A stretch of DNA of 64,000 bases from Candidatus Hydrogenedentota bacterium. Its GTDB lineage: Bacteria; Hydrogenedentota; Hydrogenedentia; Hydrogenedentales; JAEUWI01. The translations under genes were made by a program, and so were the position numbers. Of the stretch, positions 27,401 to 38,739 are shown one piece after another. The stretch covers positions 1,694 through 65,693 of the forward strand of contig JACPGE010000074.1 of assembly GCA_016182605.1 (NCBI GenBank). Reading direction: 5' to 3'. A model generated the notes under the pieces. It saw only the letters and a list, made by a program, of their open reading frames with translations, ran no database searches and was not told where the DNA came from. Within the stretch, counting starts at the first letter, position 1; the number at the start of each line of letters is the position of its first letter.

Positions 27401-28095
27401 ACAGCGCCCGCGAGGCGGACCCGGAAAATGTCCTCCTCAGCCGCGCGCCGCGCTTCCGGTTGCCCGCCGAGATGGTCCGCGATCAGGCGCTTAAGGTCAG
27501 TGGATTGCTGAACCCGGAGATTGGCGGCCCCTCCGCCTTCCCCTATCAGCCCGGCGATCTGTGGTCCGCACTTACGTTTCAGAACATGGACGAGTTCGAC
27601 AGCAACTTCTACACGCAGGACAAGGGCCCCAAACTTTACCGCCGCGGACTCTACACCTATTGGAAGCGCACCATCGCGCCGCCGGGGATGCAGATATTCG
27701 ACGCCGGTGATCGCGACCGCTGTTCGCTCTACCGTGAGAAGACGAACACCCCGATGCAGGCACTGATGCTACTCAACGATCCCACGTTCGTCGAGGCGGC
27801 CCGGCACCTGGCCGAGCGCATGATTCACGAGGGCGGTGAACGATCCGCGGATCGCATCCGCCTCGGTTACCGCCTGGCGCTCGCCCAGGAACCTTCCGCG
27901 GAAAAACAGCAGGTCCTGCTCGGCGGACTCAACGATTACCAGACCCACTTCAACAGCCGTCCGGACGATGCCACGGCACTCCTCGGCGTGGGGGATTCCC
28001 CGCACGACCCGGCCATTGCGGACACCGAACTCGCGGCCTATACGGCCATTGCTACGGTCATGCTCAACCTCGATGAAATCATCACACGGGAATAA
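24478..28095 (+). CDS. PSD1/PSCyt (planctomycete cytochrome c + DUF1549 + DUF1553) protein with carbohydrate-binding-like inserts
   Basis: [71 protein letters not shown]; start may be GTG 24517. Confidence 0.93.
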   Translation: MNRAGGKRREDLGVQALSAIPVVYFPRPVACAALVLAWTLPALAAEPVNFNRDIRPVISDKCVSCHGPDEKTRKMELRLDRKDGLFGVTKDGAAIVAPGNPDASALLQRITHADVDERMPPAETKNPLSAEEIEALRNWIVQGAPWQDHWAFERPVKPALPEVSNPAWCRNEIDRFVLAKLDEAGLPPGAEARKETLLRRVSFDLTGLPPTPGEVDAFLADTSDGAYETLVDRLLATPQYGERMAFTWLDAARYADTNGYQRDTKRYMWHWRDWVINAYNENMPFDQFTIEQLAGDLLPDATLSQKIATGFNRNHRINGEGGIIPEEYAVEYVVDRVATTSTTWMGLTMGCVRCHDHKFDPISQKEFYEMYAFFNRVPENGKGEERGNDVPYIAVPTAEETARREELTGKIAAVEQELAAPDERLDGLQRAWEEQLYATFSELNWQPIGNPTVAAVNGAVLTPQADQSLLASGPSPDKEVYEISFEATGAVRSFKLEIFTDPSLPAGGPGRAPEGNLVISGFEVERTPAGGTGAAEPVRVADAIADYAQDNGDYRAINAIDASDDTGWATGSPYRRENRSAIFTLAPDAGIAAGDRVTVRIRQNSPYPQHTVGRFRLLQSASGAAAAWARPEFGPWHYVGPFPIENNNDSMLIERVFAPERGFDPDREHGPERLRWQERPEWEDGKLVNFDASGRTAHYLHRNLRLAIPTTVVLSLGSNDAIKVWVDGEVKHLFNGGRTVAPDQDRVELFLPAGDHSLLIKIANFGGACGYYFRHVDDGGQALFAMMHQLAAPPEQRDAEQRRILQERFRAQDAQWVARNGALIGLRNELGTLDKSIATTMIMEDMATPRDTYLLKRGVYDAPDTTEKLFPSVPERLGEMDPALPKNRLGLAQWLMDPKHPLTARVQVNQFWQTHFGRGLVKTAEDFGTQGAAPSHPGLLDWLALRFIESGWDVKAMHKYIVMSATYRQSSVVSDSAREADPENVLLSRAPRFRLPAEMVRDQALKVSGLLNPEIGGPSAFPYQPGDLWSALTFQNMDEFDSNFYTQDKGPKLYRRGLYTYWKRTIAPPGMQIFDAGDRDRCSLYREKTNTPMQALMLLNDPTFVEAARHLAERMIHEGGERSADRIRLGYRLALAQEPSAEKQQVLLGGLNDYQTHFNSRPDDATALLGVGDSPHDPAIADTELAAYTAIATVMLNLDEIITRE

Positions 28096-28100
28096 GCACC

Positions 28101-29549
28101 ATGGATCCCATCCTCGAACAACGGCTTCACATTAACCGCAGGCAGTTCTTTGGCAAGTGCGCGACGGGCATCGGCACGGCGGCGCTCGCGTCGCTGGTCA
28201 GCCCGGATCTGTTTGCGTCCATGTCCGACCCGATGGCGCCGCGCGCGCCCCACTTTGCCCCCAAGGCCAAGCGGGTCATCTACCTCTTTCAATCCGGGGC
28301 GCCCTCGCAACTCGATCTTTTCGACTACAAGCCGCAGATGGCCAAGATGTTCGATCAGGATCTCCCGGATTCCATCCGCATGGGCCAGCGCCTTACCGGC
28401 ATGACCTCCGGCCAGACCCGCTTTCCCGTGGCGCCTTCCATCTTCAAGTTCCAGCAATACGGCCAGGGCGGCGCGTGGATCTCTGAAGTGCTGCCGCACC
28501 TTTCAAGCATTGCCGACGAACTGTGCATCATCAAGACCATGCACACGGAAGCGATTAACCACGACCCTGCCATGACCTTTTTCCAGACAGGCTTCCAGAT
28601 CGCGGGCCGCCCCAGCATGGGCGCCTGGGTCTCCTACGGTCTCGGCTCCGCCAACCAGGATCTGCCTGCCTTTGTTGCCCTCAGCTCCCGCGGCAGCGGC
28701 CGGCCCAGTTGCCAGCCCCTTTACGACCGGCTCTGGGGCAGTGGCTTCCTGCCCACGGTGTATTCTGGCGTCAAATTCCGCGGCGAAGGCGATCCGGTCT
28801 TGTATCTTTCGGATCCGCCCGGGGTCGACAAGACGCTGCGCCGGAAGATGCTCGACGATATTGCGGCGATCAACCATCAGACCCACTCGGAATACCAGGA
28901 TCCTGAAATCGTCACGCGCATCGAGCAATATGAACTTGCCTACCGGATGCAATCGTCCGTTCCGGAGCTCACCGATCTCTCCAATGAGTCCGATGCGACA
29001 TTCGAGCAGTACGGCCCCGAGTCCCGCACGCGCGGCACCTATGCGGCGAACTGTCTCCTGGCGCGCCGCCTTGCCGAACGCGGCGTGCGTTTCATCCAGC
29101 TTTACCATATGGGCTGGGATCAACACACCACGCTGCCCAAAGAATTGCCCGGTCAGGCCCGCGACGTCGACCAGCCGACGGCGGCGCTCATACTCGACTT
29201 GAAGCAGCGCGGCATGCTGGAGGACACCCTGATCATCTGGGGTGGCGAATTTGGCCGCACGATTTACAGCCAGGGCGCGCTGACGGCCACCGACTACGGC
29301 CGTGACCACCACCCGAAAAACTTCACCATTTTCATGGCGGGCGGCGGGGTGAAGCCCGGCCTCGTCCACGGCGAAACTGACGACTTCTCTTACAACATCG
29401 TCAAGGACCCGGTCGATGTGTTCGATCTTCAGGCCACGATCCTCAACCAATTGGGCCTCGATCACGAGCGCCTCAACTTCAAGTACCAGGGCCGCTATTT
29501 CCGGCTCACGGACGTGCACGGGAAGGTGAAGCACGAGTTGCTGGCGTAG
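28101..29549 (+). CDS. DUF1501 family protein (Tat-like RR leader)
   Basis: [57 protein letters not shown]. Confidence 0.95.
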   Translation: MDPILEQRLHINRRQFFGKCATGIGTAALASLVSPDLFASMSDPMAPRAPHFAPKAKRVIYLFQSGAPSQLDLFDYKPQMAKMFDQDLPDSIRMGQRLTGMTSGQTRFPVAPSIFKFQQYGQGGAWISEVLPHLSSIADELCIIKTMHTEAINHDPAMTFFQTGFQIAGRPSMGAWVSYGLGSANQDLPAFVALSSRGSGRPSCQPLYDRLWGSGFLPTVYSGVKFRGEGDPVLYLSDPPGVDKTLRRKMLDDIAAINHQTHSEYQDPEIVTRIEQYELAYRMQSSVPELTDLSNESDATFEQYGPESRTRGTYAANCLLARRLAERGVRFIQLYHMGWDQHTTLPKELPGQARDVDQPTAALILDLKQRGMLEDTLIIWGGEFGRTIYSQGALTATDYGRDHHPKNFTIFMAGGGVKPGLVHGETDDFSYNIVKDPVDVFDLQATILNQLGLDHERLNFKYQGRYFRLTDVHGKVKHELLA

Positions 29550-29733
29550 GGGCGCCTGCTGTTGTACCTAAACTCGCAATGCATGAGGCCACGTGGGTCC
29601 GGCCCACGCAGGACCGGCACATGCTGCCTGAACCCAATCTCTCCCAAAAGTACAGGACAGGCCAGGAAGTGTGCCGATGGTGACTTCCCAGCCTGTCTGA
29701 CGTGTTTCATCTCGTGCGCTGAGGTGGCGGGAG

Positions 29734-29918
29734 TTAACCCGCATATTTCACCACTTCAAGGCTTCTTGGCAACGAGTTCGACTTGGAAGGTGGTGAAATA
29801 TGCTCAGCGTGACGATGGTGCTGGCGTTCACCGGGCAGGATAAATCACGGGCTGTCTGGCGATACCGCCGAGCATGTTACGGAACGAACGCGTGGAGCCC
29901 GTGATTTATCCGGGTTAA
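29734..29918 (+). repeat. Dispersed double-hairpin MITE/REP-like element, copy B
   Basis: TTAACCCGCATATTTCACCAC...GTGGTGAAATATGC...GGATAAATCACGGGCT...AGCCCGTGATTTATCCGGGTTAA. Confidence 0.88.
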
Positions 29919-30509
29919 CTACTTCGGCTCTGCCACCGGAACTTCGGCCGGTACTTCAGGCTTGGCTGCGGGTGCTTCAGGCTTGGCCGCGGGTGCTTCA
30001 GGCTTGGCGGCAGGAGCCTTGGGCTTGGCTGCGGGCGCCTTGATCAGCGCTGCAGTTTCCTTCCCCATACCCTTCATCATCGGACACTGCGCCCCGCCTT
30101 CGGTGTCCATTGGCATATGTTCCATCATGTGACCCATCATAGCATCACCCAGTTTGGCTTCACGCGCATCTGTGGCTGCCCGTTGCTCTACCATCAGGGT
30201 TATCACCGCGGCCATCAGTTCCATTTTCTTTCCTTCCGGCGCGCTATTCATCTTGGCGAGTTGCTTGGCCAGTTCAACATCCTGGGCCTTTGCTTCTTGG
30301 GCCGCCTTCTGTTTCTGCTGCATCATCGATTGGCAGTGATTCATTTTCTTATCGTCTTTTTTCGCCTTCTCCACCACCTTCTGTTCGGCGGGCTCGGCAT
30401 CTTGTGCTTGAACGGGCGACCAGATGACCAAGGCCAAGGCCAGAACCAGGGCAAAGGTCACTGCGAGAATGGAACGGCTGGCGAGACTTGGATGCAATTC
30501 GTGTTTCAT
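29919..30509 (-). CDS. Exported Met/His-rich helical protein with a Pro/Ala/Lys tail
   Basis: ATG 30509 after GAAGAGAGAAG; signal peptide ending VQA-Q; MMGHMMEHMPM, CPMMKGM; APAAKP(K/E) repeats. Confidence 0.8.
   Translation of the reverse strand: MKHELHPSLASRSILAVTFALVLALALVIWSPVQAQDAEPAEQKVVEKAKKDDKKMNHCQSMMQQKQKAAQEAKAQDVELAKQLAKMNSAPEGKKMELMAAVITLMVEQRAATDAREAKLGDAMMGHMMEHMPMDTEGGAQCPMMKGMGKETAALIKAPAAKPKAPAAKPEAPAAKPEAPAAKPEVPAEVPVAEPK
29954..30037. repeat. 4 x 21-bp tandem repeat encoding APAAKP(K/E)
   Basis: Units resembling CTTCAGGCTTGGCTGCGGGTG start at 29954, 29975, 29996 and 30017. Confidence 0.9.
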
Positions 30510-30976
30510 TTTTCTTCTCTCTTCACGTTTGGGTTTGTAGTTTGGGCCGGAGGCTTGGAACACCACCGGCAGTGAATGAAAACACAGGCGCGCCCTTGGT
30601 CTGGACCAAGGCGGGCACAGCCTGGAACTACTTCTGGACGAGCCTATTGCTGACATAGAACTGCTTGCCATCGCAATTTGCACACAAAGCTGGAGTTTCT
30701 ACTTGTTGGGGGACAGACCATGACAGCTTTCGCGCAGGTATCTGCCCTTCCACGTCCCAAGGATATCTGCACCGGGTGAAGTTCAGGCAAGGCTGCGGAT
30801 AAGGTTTGGCAAGTCTGGGATGGGGGTTATCGTGCAGGGAGATCGGTGCGGCTGCCACGCCCGATCAAGATACTCATGCCCCGGCGAGAAACGTGCAACG
30901 GCCCAAGAAAGGGGGGCGCAGCAAAGTCCCGGCTGAACCATATGGGCAGCCGGGTGGCAGGAAGAATGGAGTGCGA

Positions 30977-32428
30977 TTAGGCCAATAGCCCGGGAATGGG
31001 GTCGTGTTCCTCGACGCCGGTGAGGCGAAGGTTGAGCCCCTGGTAGGGCACGGACAACTGCCGGTGGTTGATGCCGAGGCAGTGGAGCATCGTGGCGTTA
31101 AGGTCGTTGACGTGGACCGGGTTCTCGACGATGTTGTAGCTGAAGTCGTCAGTCGTGCCGTAGACCTGGCCGGCCTTGATGCCGCCGCCCGCGAGCCAGA
31201 GGCTGAAGCAACGCGGGTGATGATCGCGGCCATAGGTGACGTCGGTCACCTTTCCCTGGGAATACACGGTGCGGCCAAACTCCCCACCCCAGACCACGAG
31301 CGTATCCTCCAGCAAGCCGCGCTGCTTGAGATCGGTAACGAGCGCGGCGCTGGCCTGGTCGGTATCGTAGCATTGCTTGGAGAGGTGGTCCGGCAGGTTG
31401 TCGTGATGGTCCCATCCCATGTGGTAGAGCTGTACAAAGCGCACGTCGCGTTCGGCCATCCTGCGCGCGAGCAGGCAGTTTCTTGCGAAGGTGCCGGGCC
31501 GGTGCACGTCGGGGCCGTACATGTCGAGGATGTGTTTGGGCTCGTCGGAGATGTCGGTGAGTTCGGGCACGGCGGTCTGCATGCGGAAGGCGAGTTCATA
31601 CTGGTCGATACGGGTGAGAATTTCCGGATCGCCCACGGCCTCGTGCTTCTCCTGGTTTAGCGCGCGGATCTGATCGAGCATGCTGCGGCGCGTTGTGGGG
31701 CTGCACCCGCCGGGGTTGGCGAGGTAGAGCACGGGCTCTTCCCCGCTCCGCAATTTCACGCCCTGGTAACGCCCCGGGAGCACGCCGCTCCCCCAGAGCC
31801 GATCGTAGAGGGGCTGGTCGGCCGCGCGTCCGCTGCCGCGGGAGATCATGACCATGAAGGTGGGGAGATCGTCGTTCGAGGAGCCGAGTCCATAGGCGAC
31901 CCAGGCGCCCATGCTGGGCCGGCCCGCAAGCTGGGAGCCGGTCTGACAGAAGGTAATGGCGGGGTCATGATTGATGGCTTCGGTGTACATGGTGCGCACG
32001 ATGCAGAGATCGTCCACGATGCCCGCGGTGTGGGGCAGAAGTTCCCCCATCCACGCGCCGCTTTGGCCATGCTGCGCGAATTTGAACTTGGAGGCGACCA
32101 CGGGAAACGTTGTCTGGCTGGCCGTCATGCCGGTAAGGCGCTGCCCCATGCGGATCTCGGCCGGGAGTTCCGTCATGTGGATTTTTTCCAGGCTGGGCTT
32201 GTAATCAAAGAGCTCTATCTGCGAAGGCGCACCGGATTGAAAGAGGTAGATGACGCGCTTGGCCTTCGGCTTATGGTTTGGAAAGGCCGCCGCGCCTGGG
32301 AGGGCGGCGTCCGCGCGGTTGGGAACCGTCATGCCATAGAGGCCCAAGGCTGCGGCGCCCAAGCCTCCGGCCGCGTTGCGCAGGAAGAAGCGGCGGTTCA
32401 TTTGCTGGGTAAGGTGTAACGGATCCAT
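30977..32428 (-). CDS. DUF1501 family protein
   Basis: [42 protein letters not shown]. Confidence 0.95.
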   Translation of the reverse strand: MDPLHLTQQMNRRFFLRNAAGGLGAAALGLYGMTVPNRADAALPGAAAFPNHKPKAKRVIYLFQSGAPSQIELFDYKPSLEKIHMTELPAEIRMGQRLTGMTASQTTFPVVASKFKFAQHGQSGAWMGELLPHTAGIVDDLCIVRTMYTEAINHDPAITFCQTGSQLAGRPSMGAWVAYGLGSSNDDLPTFMVMISRGSGRAADQPLYDRLWGSGVLPGRYQGVKLRSGEEPVLYLANPGGCSPTTRRSMLDQIRALNQEKHEAVGDPEILTRIDQYELAFRMQTAVPELTDISDEPKHILDMYGPDVHRPGTFARNCLLARRMAERDVRFVQLYHMGWDHHDNLPDHLSKQCYDTDQASAALVTDLKQRGLLEDTLVVWGGEFGRTVYSQGKVTDVTYGRDHHPRCFSLWLAGGGIKAGQVYGTTDDFSYNIVENPVHVNDLNATMLHCLGINHRQLSVPYQGLNLRLTGVEEHDPIPGLLA

Positions 32429-32448
32429 GGCTCTGTAATGCTCCGTGT

Positions 32449-35400
32449 TTACTCGATGGTAATGGCTTCGTCCAGATTCAGGATGACCCCGGCGATGGCC
32501 ATGTAGGCCGGCAATTCAACGGGATCCAGCTTCGTGTCCGCGGGCGCCTCGCCCTGGGCGGCAAACATGGCGGCGGCTTCCGGATCATTCGCATAGGTGC
32601 GCAGGTGATCCTGCAAACCGGTGGACAGGATTTGCCATTCGGTTTCGTTGGGGTAGCGGCCCGTCACAAGCCGGAATCCGTAGCGCACCCGTTCCATGGC
32701 ATCGCCCGGGGCCTCGCTCAGCATGCGTTCGGCCAGTTTGCGCGACGCTTCCACATAGGTGACGTCGTTGAGGAGCGCGAGCGCCTGCAACGGCGTGTTT
32801 GTGCGCGCGCGAAGCACACGGCAGATCTCCCAACTGGGCGCGTCGAAGGTGCTCAGGGTGGGATGCGGCACGGTGCGCTTGCGGTACGTGTACAGGCTGC
32901 GCCGGTAGAGGTCCTCGCCCTTGCTCTGCACATAGGGCCCCTCCCCCGCGCCACCAGCAAGTTCTTCCCAAAGTTTGTCGGGCTGATACGGTTTCACAGA
33001 GGGCCCGCCAATCCTTCGCGCCAGAAGGCCGCTCACCGCGAGGGCGTTGTCGCGAATGCTTTCGGCCGCCATGCGGAAGCGCGGACCGCGCGCATAGAGA
33101 TCGTTCTCTGGGTCACGCTCTGCAAGCACGGTGGACACGGCAGAGTCCTGTTGGTAGGTGGCGCTCATGACAATACGTTTCTGGAAGGCTTTCATATCCC
33201 AGCCCATGGCGATGAACTCCGTCGCCAAATAATCGAGCAGTTCGGGGTGGGACGGCGGATCGCTCTGGGTGCCGAAGTTGTCGGGCGCCTTGACGAGACC
33301 CTTTCCAAAAAACTGCAGCCAGAACCGGTTCACTGCAACCCGCGCCACCAGGGGGTTGGCGGGGTCCACCAGCCACTGTGCGAGCCCGAGCCGGTTCGCG
33401 GGCGCGCCTTCGGGCAGCGGTGGAAGAAAGGCGGGCACACCAGGGGAAAGCGTCTCGGTGGTGTCAGGCGCGTCGTAGAGGCCGCGTAGCAGGCGGTAAG
33501 TCGGACGCGGTTCGGGCAGTTCCTTCATCACCATTACGGTGGGAACTTCCTTTGCCGCATATTCGTTCCGCTCGTCTTCGATTTTTTTGACTGCGGCGAT
33601 CTCCGATGTGAGTTGATTGGTGCGCTCGGCCTCGAGGAAGGCTTCGAGGGATTCCTTCTTGTCCTCCGGCACGCCCGCGCCGTAGGTGGCGTCCAGAGCG
33701 GTGTCGCGAATCGATCGGATCTGCGGGGCATCGAGCACGCGCGAAAAATACTGGAAGTCGGCCACGGCGCCCTTGAAGAACGCGCTTTCGGAGAGGCGTC
33801 CCAGCAGGACGGGCGCCTCGGCATGAATGGATCCGGCAAGCGCGTCGGTTTCGGTCTTCAGGGGCGCCGCCGCGCCGCCAATGAAGATCTGCACGCCCTG
33901 GGCCTTGGCCGAACCGTCGTACGCAATGCACACGTGCGACCACGTGCCCATGCGCAGCCCCTTCTCGGCGATAACCTTGAGGGCATTTTCCGGCCAGGCG
34001 TGCACCAGACGCACCACCAGGGATCCATCGTCGCCCAGCAGGGCATCGACGCCGCGGAACTGCCGGGCATCGTCCATACGGCTGAAGATGGCGCCGGACG
34101 TTTCCGGACGCACCCAGAAGGAAATCGTGAAGGGCCGGTCTTTTTCGAAGTCAATCGCAGGGCCCAGATCCGCGTGGGACTCGGCGGTACCGTCGAGGTG
34201 GAGCGCGGGTCCGGTAAGGCCCTCTTGAAAGACGGGCCCTGTGGCGGCGGCATAGCGGACCGGGGATTGAATCTGTGCGGCGTATCCCGCCGTGGCGCTG
34301 GCGCGGAGGTGGCCACGGAGCGGCAGGCGCAGATCCGAATCGGGCGCCGGGGGCGCGGGCGCGGGATCTTCCCACACCATGAGTTGCTTGTCGAGTTCCG
34401 CGCGCTGCTTGCGCAGGCTGCGCCTGGCGTCTTTCAGGGCTTCGTCAAACTCCGCGAGACGGGCGGTGGTTTCCGGAGTTGCGATGGTAACGATGGGGCC
34501 CGCATTGCCCCGGGTTTCCTCGTAGAAGCCCTTGTCTTCGGTGCTGTTGAAGATTGCGAAGAACCGATAGAACTCTTTCTGGCTGATGGGATCGTATTTA
34601 TGGTCGTGGCAGCGGGCGCAGCCCATGGTGAGACCGAGAAAGACGGCCGAGGTCGATTCCACGCGATCGATGATGTTCTCGACACGCCACTCGTCTTCGA
34701 TCGAGCCGCCTTCGGTGTTGGAGCGGTTGTTCCGGTTGAAGCCCGAGCCGATGCGCTGGGCGTCAGTGGCGTCCGGCAGGAGATCGCCGGCAATCTGCTC
34801 GACGGTGAACCGATCGAAGGGCATATTGTTGTTGAAGGCCTGAATAACCCAATCGCGCCAGGGCCACATCTGGCGGTTGAAGTCGTTCTGAAAACCGTTC
34901 GTGTCGGCGTAGCGCGCGCCATCGAGCCATATGCGCGCCATGTTCTCGCCGTAGTGGGGCGAAGCTAGAATCCGATCCACGAGCCGCGCATAGGCATCTG
35001 GCGCGGTGTCCGCGAGAAAGGTGTCGATTTCCTCCGGCGTGGGCGGAAGACCGGTGAGATCGAGGCTGAGCCTGCGGATCAGGGTCTCGCGGGATGCGGG
35101 CTTCGCCGGAGAAAGGGCCTCGGCCTCGATTCGAGCGAGTACGAAATGGTCCAGTCCATCGCGCGGCCACTCCGGGTGCGATACCGCAGGTAACGCGGGT
35201 GCGGCGGGCGTCTCGAATGCCCAGTGCTGGGCCCAGGGCGCGCCGGCGGCGATCCAGGTGCGCAGCAGTTCCACTTCCTCAACAGTGAAGGGCTTGCGCC
35301 GGGCTTCGGCGGGGGGCATCTGCTCCTCTGGGTCGGTGGAGAGAATGCGCTTGAGCATCTCGCTCTCTTCCGGCTTGCCCGGCACGATGGCCTTGGCGAG

Positions 35401-35616
35401 GGCGGAGTCTTCCACGTCGAGCCGGAGTTCTGCCTTGCGCTGTTGACTGTCGGGACCGTGGCATTGGTAACAACGATCGGCGAGGATCGGCTGAATCTGC
35501 CGGGTAAAGTCGATGGCTTGCGGTTCCGCCGCCTGAACGGCGAGGGGCGTTAAACAGCCGATACCGGCCAGAATAAGCTGGGCACATCGCGGAGGTATTC
35601 GAAAGATCATGAGCAA
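32449..35616 (-). CDS. PSD1/PSCyt protein with a LamG/concanavalin-A-like insert
   Basis: [19 protein letters not shown]; central [27 protein letters not shown]; [13 protein letters not shown]. Confidence 0.93.
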   Translation of the reverse strand: MLMIFRIPPRCAQLILAGIGCLTPLAVQAAEPQAIDFTRQIQPILADRCYQCHGPDSQQRKAELRLDVEDSALAKAIVPGKPEESEMLKRILSTDPEEQMPPAEARRKPFTVEEVELLRTWIAAGAPWAQHWAFETPAAPALPAVSHPEWPRDGLDHFVLARIEAEALSPAKPASRETLIRRLSLDLTGLPPTPEEIDTFLADTAPDAYARLVDRILASPHYGENMARIWLDGARYADTNGFQNDFNRQMWPWRDWVIQAFNNNMPFDRFTVEQIAGDLLPDATDAQRIGSGFNRNNRSNTEGGSIEDEWRVENIIDRVESTSAVFLGLTMGCARCHDHKYDPISQKEFYRFFAIFNSTEDKGFYEETRGNAGPIVTIATPETTARLAEFDEALKDARRSLRKQRAELDKQLMVWEDPAPAPPAPDSDLRLPLRGHLRASATAGYAAQIQSPVRYAAATGPVFQEGLTGPALHLDGTAESHADLGPAIDFEKDRPFTISFWVRPETSGAIFSRMDDARQFRGVDALLGDDGSLVVRLVHAWPENALKVIAEKGLRMGTWSHVCIAYDGSAKAQGVQIFIGGAAAPLKTETDALAGSIHAEAPVLLGRLSESAFFKGAVADFQYFSRVLDAPQIRSIRDTALDATYGAGVPEDKKESLEAFLEAERTNQLTSEIAAVKKIEDERNEYAAKEVPTVMVMKELPEPRPTYRLLRGLYDAPDTTETLSPGVPAFLPPLPEGAPANRLGLAQWLVDPANPLVARVAVNRFWLQFFGKGLVKAPDNFGTQSDPPSHPELLDYLATEFIAMGWDMKAFQKRIVMSATYQQDSAVSTVLAERDPENDLYARGPRFRMAAESIRDNALAVSGLLARRIGGPSVKPYQPDKLWEELAGGAGEGPYVQSKGEDLYRRSLYTYRKRTVPHPTLSTFDAPSWEICRVLRARTNTPLQALALLNDVTYVEASRKLAERMLSEAPGDAMERVRYGFRLVTGRYPNETEWQILSTGLQDHLRTYANDPEAAAMFAAQGEAPADTKLDPVELPAYMAIAGVILNLDEAITIE

Positions 35617-35784
35617 ACCCTAAAGTACGCAAGCTGGCTTCTGCGCTGGTACTATACTGCCTCTGGGCGTCACATTGAACCGTCATGGGGCCTCAGCCTC
35701 AGGCCGCACCGGTTTGACGCTGCACAAGCCGCCATGGTAACACGTGGCCGGTATTTTTTCATTTCGACAAAGGGAGTGTGCGCC

Positions 35785-36498
35785 ATGGATGAATCCGTAT
35801 CCATAAGGAGCCAGTTTAACGGCCCGCCCGGCTCGGGCAATGGGGGCTACGTCTGTGGATTGCTGGGCAAACACTTTGGAGACGCACCGGCGGAGGTCAC
35901 GCTGTTTGTGCCACCGCCGCTGGAAAGACCGCTCCGCCTGTTGCGGGACGGGGAACACCTTGCCCTGATGGACGGGGAGCAAAAGGTGGCCGAGGCGAAA
36001 CCCGCCGCGCTGCAGCTGGAGGCGCCGGGCCCGCCCACGCTCGCGGTGGCCGAAGAAGCGGTGCAACGCTACCGGGGCTTTCACACGCACAGTTTTCCTT
36101 CCTGTTTCGTCTGCGGCCCGGACCGTGCCGAGGGCGACGGGTTGCGCATCTTTTCGGGCTGGGTTCCGGGCAGTGACGTGCTGGCGGCTCCCTGGACGCC
36201 GGGCCTCCAATTCGCGCAGGCGGACGGCACCGTGGACCCGGCGATCTGCTGGGCCGCGCTGGACTGTCCCGGCGCCTTTGCGATCTATCACGCCACGGGT
36301 GACGCCGCGCCCACAATCGTGCTGGGCCGCATGACCGGGCGGGTGCTGGCCAGCGCGCGCGCGGGCGCACCGCACGTGGTGATCTCCTGGCCCCTCGGGC
36401 ATGAGGGGCGAAAACACCACGCGGGCACGGCCATCTACACGGAGGATCATCAGTTGCTGGCCTGCTCGCGCCAGACATGGATCACGATCAAGAGCTAA
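35785..36498 (+). CDS. Double hot-dog fold thioesterase-like protein
   Basis: FNGPPGSGNGGY, CFVCG, WAALDCPG; AGGGAG RBS before ATG 35785. Confidence 0.8.
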   Translation: MDESVSIRSQFNGPPGSGNGGYVCGLLGKHFGDAPAEVTLFVPPPLERPLRLLRDGEHLALMDGEQKVAEAKPAALQLEAPGPPTLAVAEEAVQRYRGFHTHSFPSCFVCGPDRAEGDGLRIFSGWVPGSDVLAAPWTPGLQFAQADGTVDPAICWAALDCPGAFAIYHATGDAAPTIVLGRMTGRVLASARAGAPHVVISWPLGHEGRKHHAGTAIYTEDHQLLACSRQTWITIKS

Positions 36499-36706
36499 CC
36501 CGCATATTCCGCCACATCAAGACTTTTTGGCAACAAGCTCCACTTGGAACGTGGTGAAATATGCGTAGCGCGACGATGGAGCTGGCGCTCGCCGGGCAGG
36601 CCAAATCACGGGCTGTCTGGCGGTAGCGCCCTGCATGATGTGGCAATTGCGGGTCCAAAAAGGAGTTAGGGAACAGACGCGCGGAGCCCGTGATTTATCC
36701 GGGTAA
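36496..36706 (+). repeat. Dispersed double-hairpin MITE/REP-like element, copy C
   Basis: TAACCCGCATATTCCGCCAC (shares the TAA stop of the upstream gene)...GTGGTGAAATATGC...AAATCACGGGCT...GGAGCCCGTGATTTATCCGGG. Confidence 0.88.
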
Positions 36707-36775
36707 GCACAATACTGGGCTTGGGCGCCCGCGGAAAACTGTGGTGCGCCGGCTCTCCAGAAGAGTACAAACCGA

Positions 36776-38020
36776 ATGCCTTCTCACAGCGCGAATACAT
36801 GGATGCTGTTCCGTTTCTCTCTGTATGGATTTTTGAAGAACCAGCAGTATTACGAGCCGTTCTTTATACTGGCGCTCCAGGAGAAAGGCCTGAGTTTTTT
36901 CCAGATCGGCCTGCTCATCGCCATTCGCTCCGTCTGCACCAACGTGATGGAGTTGCCTTCGGGGGCGGCGGCGGACAGTTATGGGCGGCGCCTGTGCATG
37001 GGGGTGTGTTTTTCGGGCTACATCCTCTCCTTCCTCGTCTTCGGCGCTGGCGCCACGTTCTGGCACATGGCCCTGGCCATGGCGCTCTTTGCCATTGGCG
37101 AGGCCTTCCGCACCGGCACGCACAAGGCCATGATTTTTGACTGGCTGCGGGCGCAAGGCCGGGAATCGGAGCGCACCCGGATCTATGGGTATACCCGGAG
37201 CTGGTCGAAACTGGGATCCGCACTCTCTGCGATCGTCGCGGCGGGCCTCGTGCTCACGTTGCATCATTACAGCTACGTCTTCTGGCTGTGCGTGATTCCC
37301 TATGCGCTCAACATGATCAATGTGTTGACCTATCCCGCCGCGGTCGAGTGTACGCGCCCTGCCACCGGAGAAGGGGGCGCCCTGTCGACGTTGATGCACG
37401 CCCTGCGCGAGGGCTGGCACAACCGCAAACAGCGACGGCTCTTCCTGGAATCCATGGGCTTTGAGGGCATGTTTGAAATCGGAAAGGACTATCTTCAACC
37501 CGTTCTGAAGAGCGCCGCCCTGTCGCTTCCGGTGCTCCTCTATCTGGAGGACAAACAGCGCACGGCCATTCTCGTGGGCATCGTCTATACCGTGCTCTTT
37601 CTGCTGGCCAGCGCCGCGTCGCGCCAATCCCACCGGGTGGCCGCGCATTATGGCGGTGATGAGGATCGGGCAGCCCGCCTGCTCTGGCGCGTCGCCTTCC
37701 TGAGCTATCTCCTGCTGATTCCCAGCCTCTTCTGGAACTGGCATGTGTCCAGCATCGTGTTCTTCGTGGTTTTGTACGCCATTCAAAACCTGTGGCGGCC
37801 CGCGTTGATGGCGCGTCTGGATGAATGTTCCGACGCCTCGACGGGCGCCACCACGCTGTCGATCGAGTCGCAGGCGCAATCCCTCTTCACCATGGCCGGG
37901 GCCCCCTTGCTGGGTTATTGCGTGGATCGGGCGGGCCTGTGGCCGGTGGGGGTGCTGGGGGCCGCGCTGGCCCTCCTGGCGCTGCTCTCGCGGCGGCGCC
38001 TTAGCAGCGCAAGGCCATAG
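36776..38020 (+). CDS. MFS transporter
   Basis: About 12 hydrophobic segments; ELPSGAAADSYGRR motif A; GEAFRTGT. Confidence 0.92.
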   Translation: MPSHSANTWMLFRFSLYGFLKNQQYYEPFFILALQEKGLSFFQIGLLIAIRSVCTNVMELPSGAAADSYGRRLCMGVCFSGYILSFLVFGAGATFWHMALAMALFAIGEAFRTGTHKAMIFDWLRAQGRESERTRIYGYTRSWSKLGSALSAIVAAGLVLTLHHYSYVFWLCVIPYALNMINVLTYPAAVECTRPATGEGGALSTLMHALREGWHNRKQRRLFLESMGFEGMFEIGKDYLQPVLKSAALSLPVLLYLEDKQRTAILVGIVYTVLFLLASAASRQSHRVAAHYGGDEDRAARLLWRVAFLSYLLLIPSLFWNWHVSSIVFFVVLYAIQNLWRPALMARLDECSDASTGATTLSIESQAQSLFTMAGAPLLGYCVDRAGLWPVGVLGAALALLALLSRRRLSSARP

Positions 38021-38528
38021 CCACGCGTTTCGCCGGGTCCAGTCCGGAATCCGTTTCCCGTTCAAGGATGGCCCTTAAATGATCCTCCAATTCGTCCGGG
38101 GATACCTCCAGAAATCCGAGCCGCGCGTAAAAGGGGGCGTTCCAGGGGAGGTGACGAAAGGTGGTGAGGGTCACTGCGGAGAGTCCTGCTTCCCGGGCCC
38201 ATTGGATCACCGCCTGCACGAGCCGGGCGCCCAAGCCCTGCCGCCCATGTTCGGGCAAGACATCCACTTCACCGAGATGGGCGCAGGAACCCTGCTGTTC
38301 CGCGCAGGCGAAGCCCACCGCGGCGCCCCGCGCATCCAGCGCCACCCAAAGTGTGCCGTTGTTGCAAGCCGCCTCCAACGCGCCCGGGTCGGTGGTGCCC
38401 CAGCGCAGTTCCAGGGGAACATCTTCCTCCGGGAACAGCACGGTGGCGGCGCGCTCTATCCCGGCAAGCGCCGGAAGGTGCTCGGGCGTGGCGACTGCGA
38501 TTCTATAGGCGGACGGGACGGGGCTCAT
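38001..38528 (-). CDS. GNAT family N-acetyltransferase
   Basis: ATG 38528 after AGGA; VLPEHGRQGLG acetyl-CoA motif; LTTFRHLPWNAPFYARLGF. Confidence 0.92.
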   Translation of the reverse strand: MSPVPSAYRIAVATPEHLPALAGIERAATVLFPEEDVPLELRWGTTDPGALEAACNNGTLWVALDARGAAVGFACAEQQGSCAHLGEVDVLPEHGRQGLGARLVQAVIQWAREAGLSAVTLTTFRHLPWNAPFYARLGFLEVSPDELEDHLRAILERETDSGLDPAKRVAMALRC

Positions 38529-38739
38529 GGCGGATTCCTGTAGCCAGTGGACTATATCGAATTGGGTCCGTATACTCAATGCCGCTGTGGGCAGCCTACT
38601 TGGGGAAGATCTACATGCGCTTTCGCCGGGCCATTGATTTTTCGACTGGAGTGTTCGCGGCTGTGCCCAGAGACACTGGCGGGCCCGGGGCCGTGTATGA
38701 ATCTGCAACGGGGTAATAAACAGAGCGGGAGATTCAAAG

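Noticed and set aside
29731-36706. The dispersed elements as integron attC sites
   Set aside because: Copy B has AAC...GTT ends and copy C starts at a stop codon, but other copies lack GTT, the fold is two hairpins rather than one, there is no cassette array, and no integrase is present.
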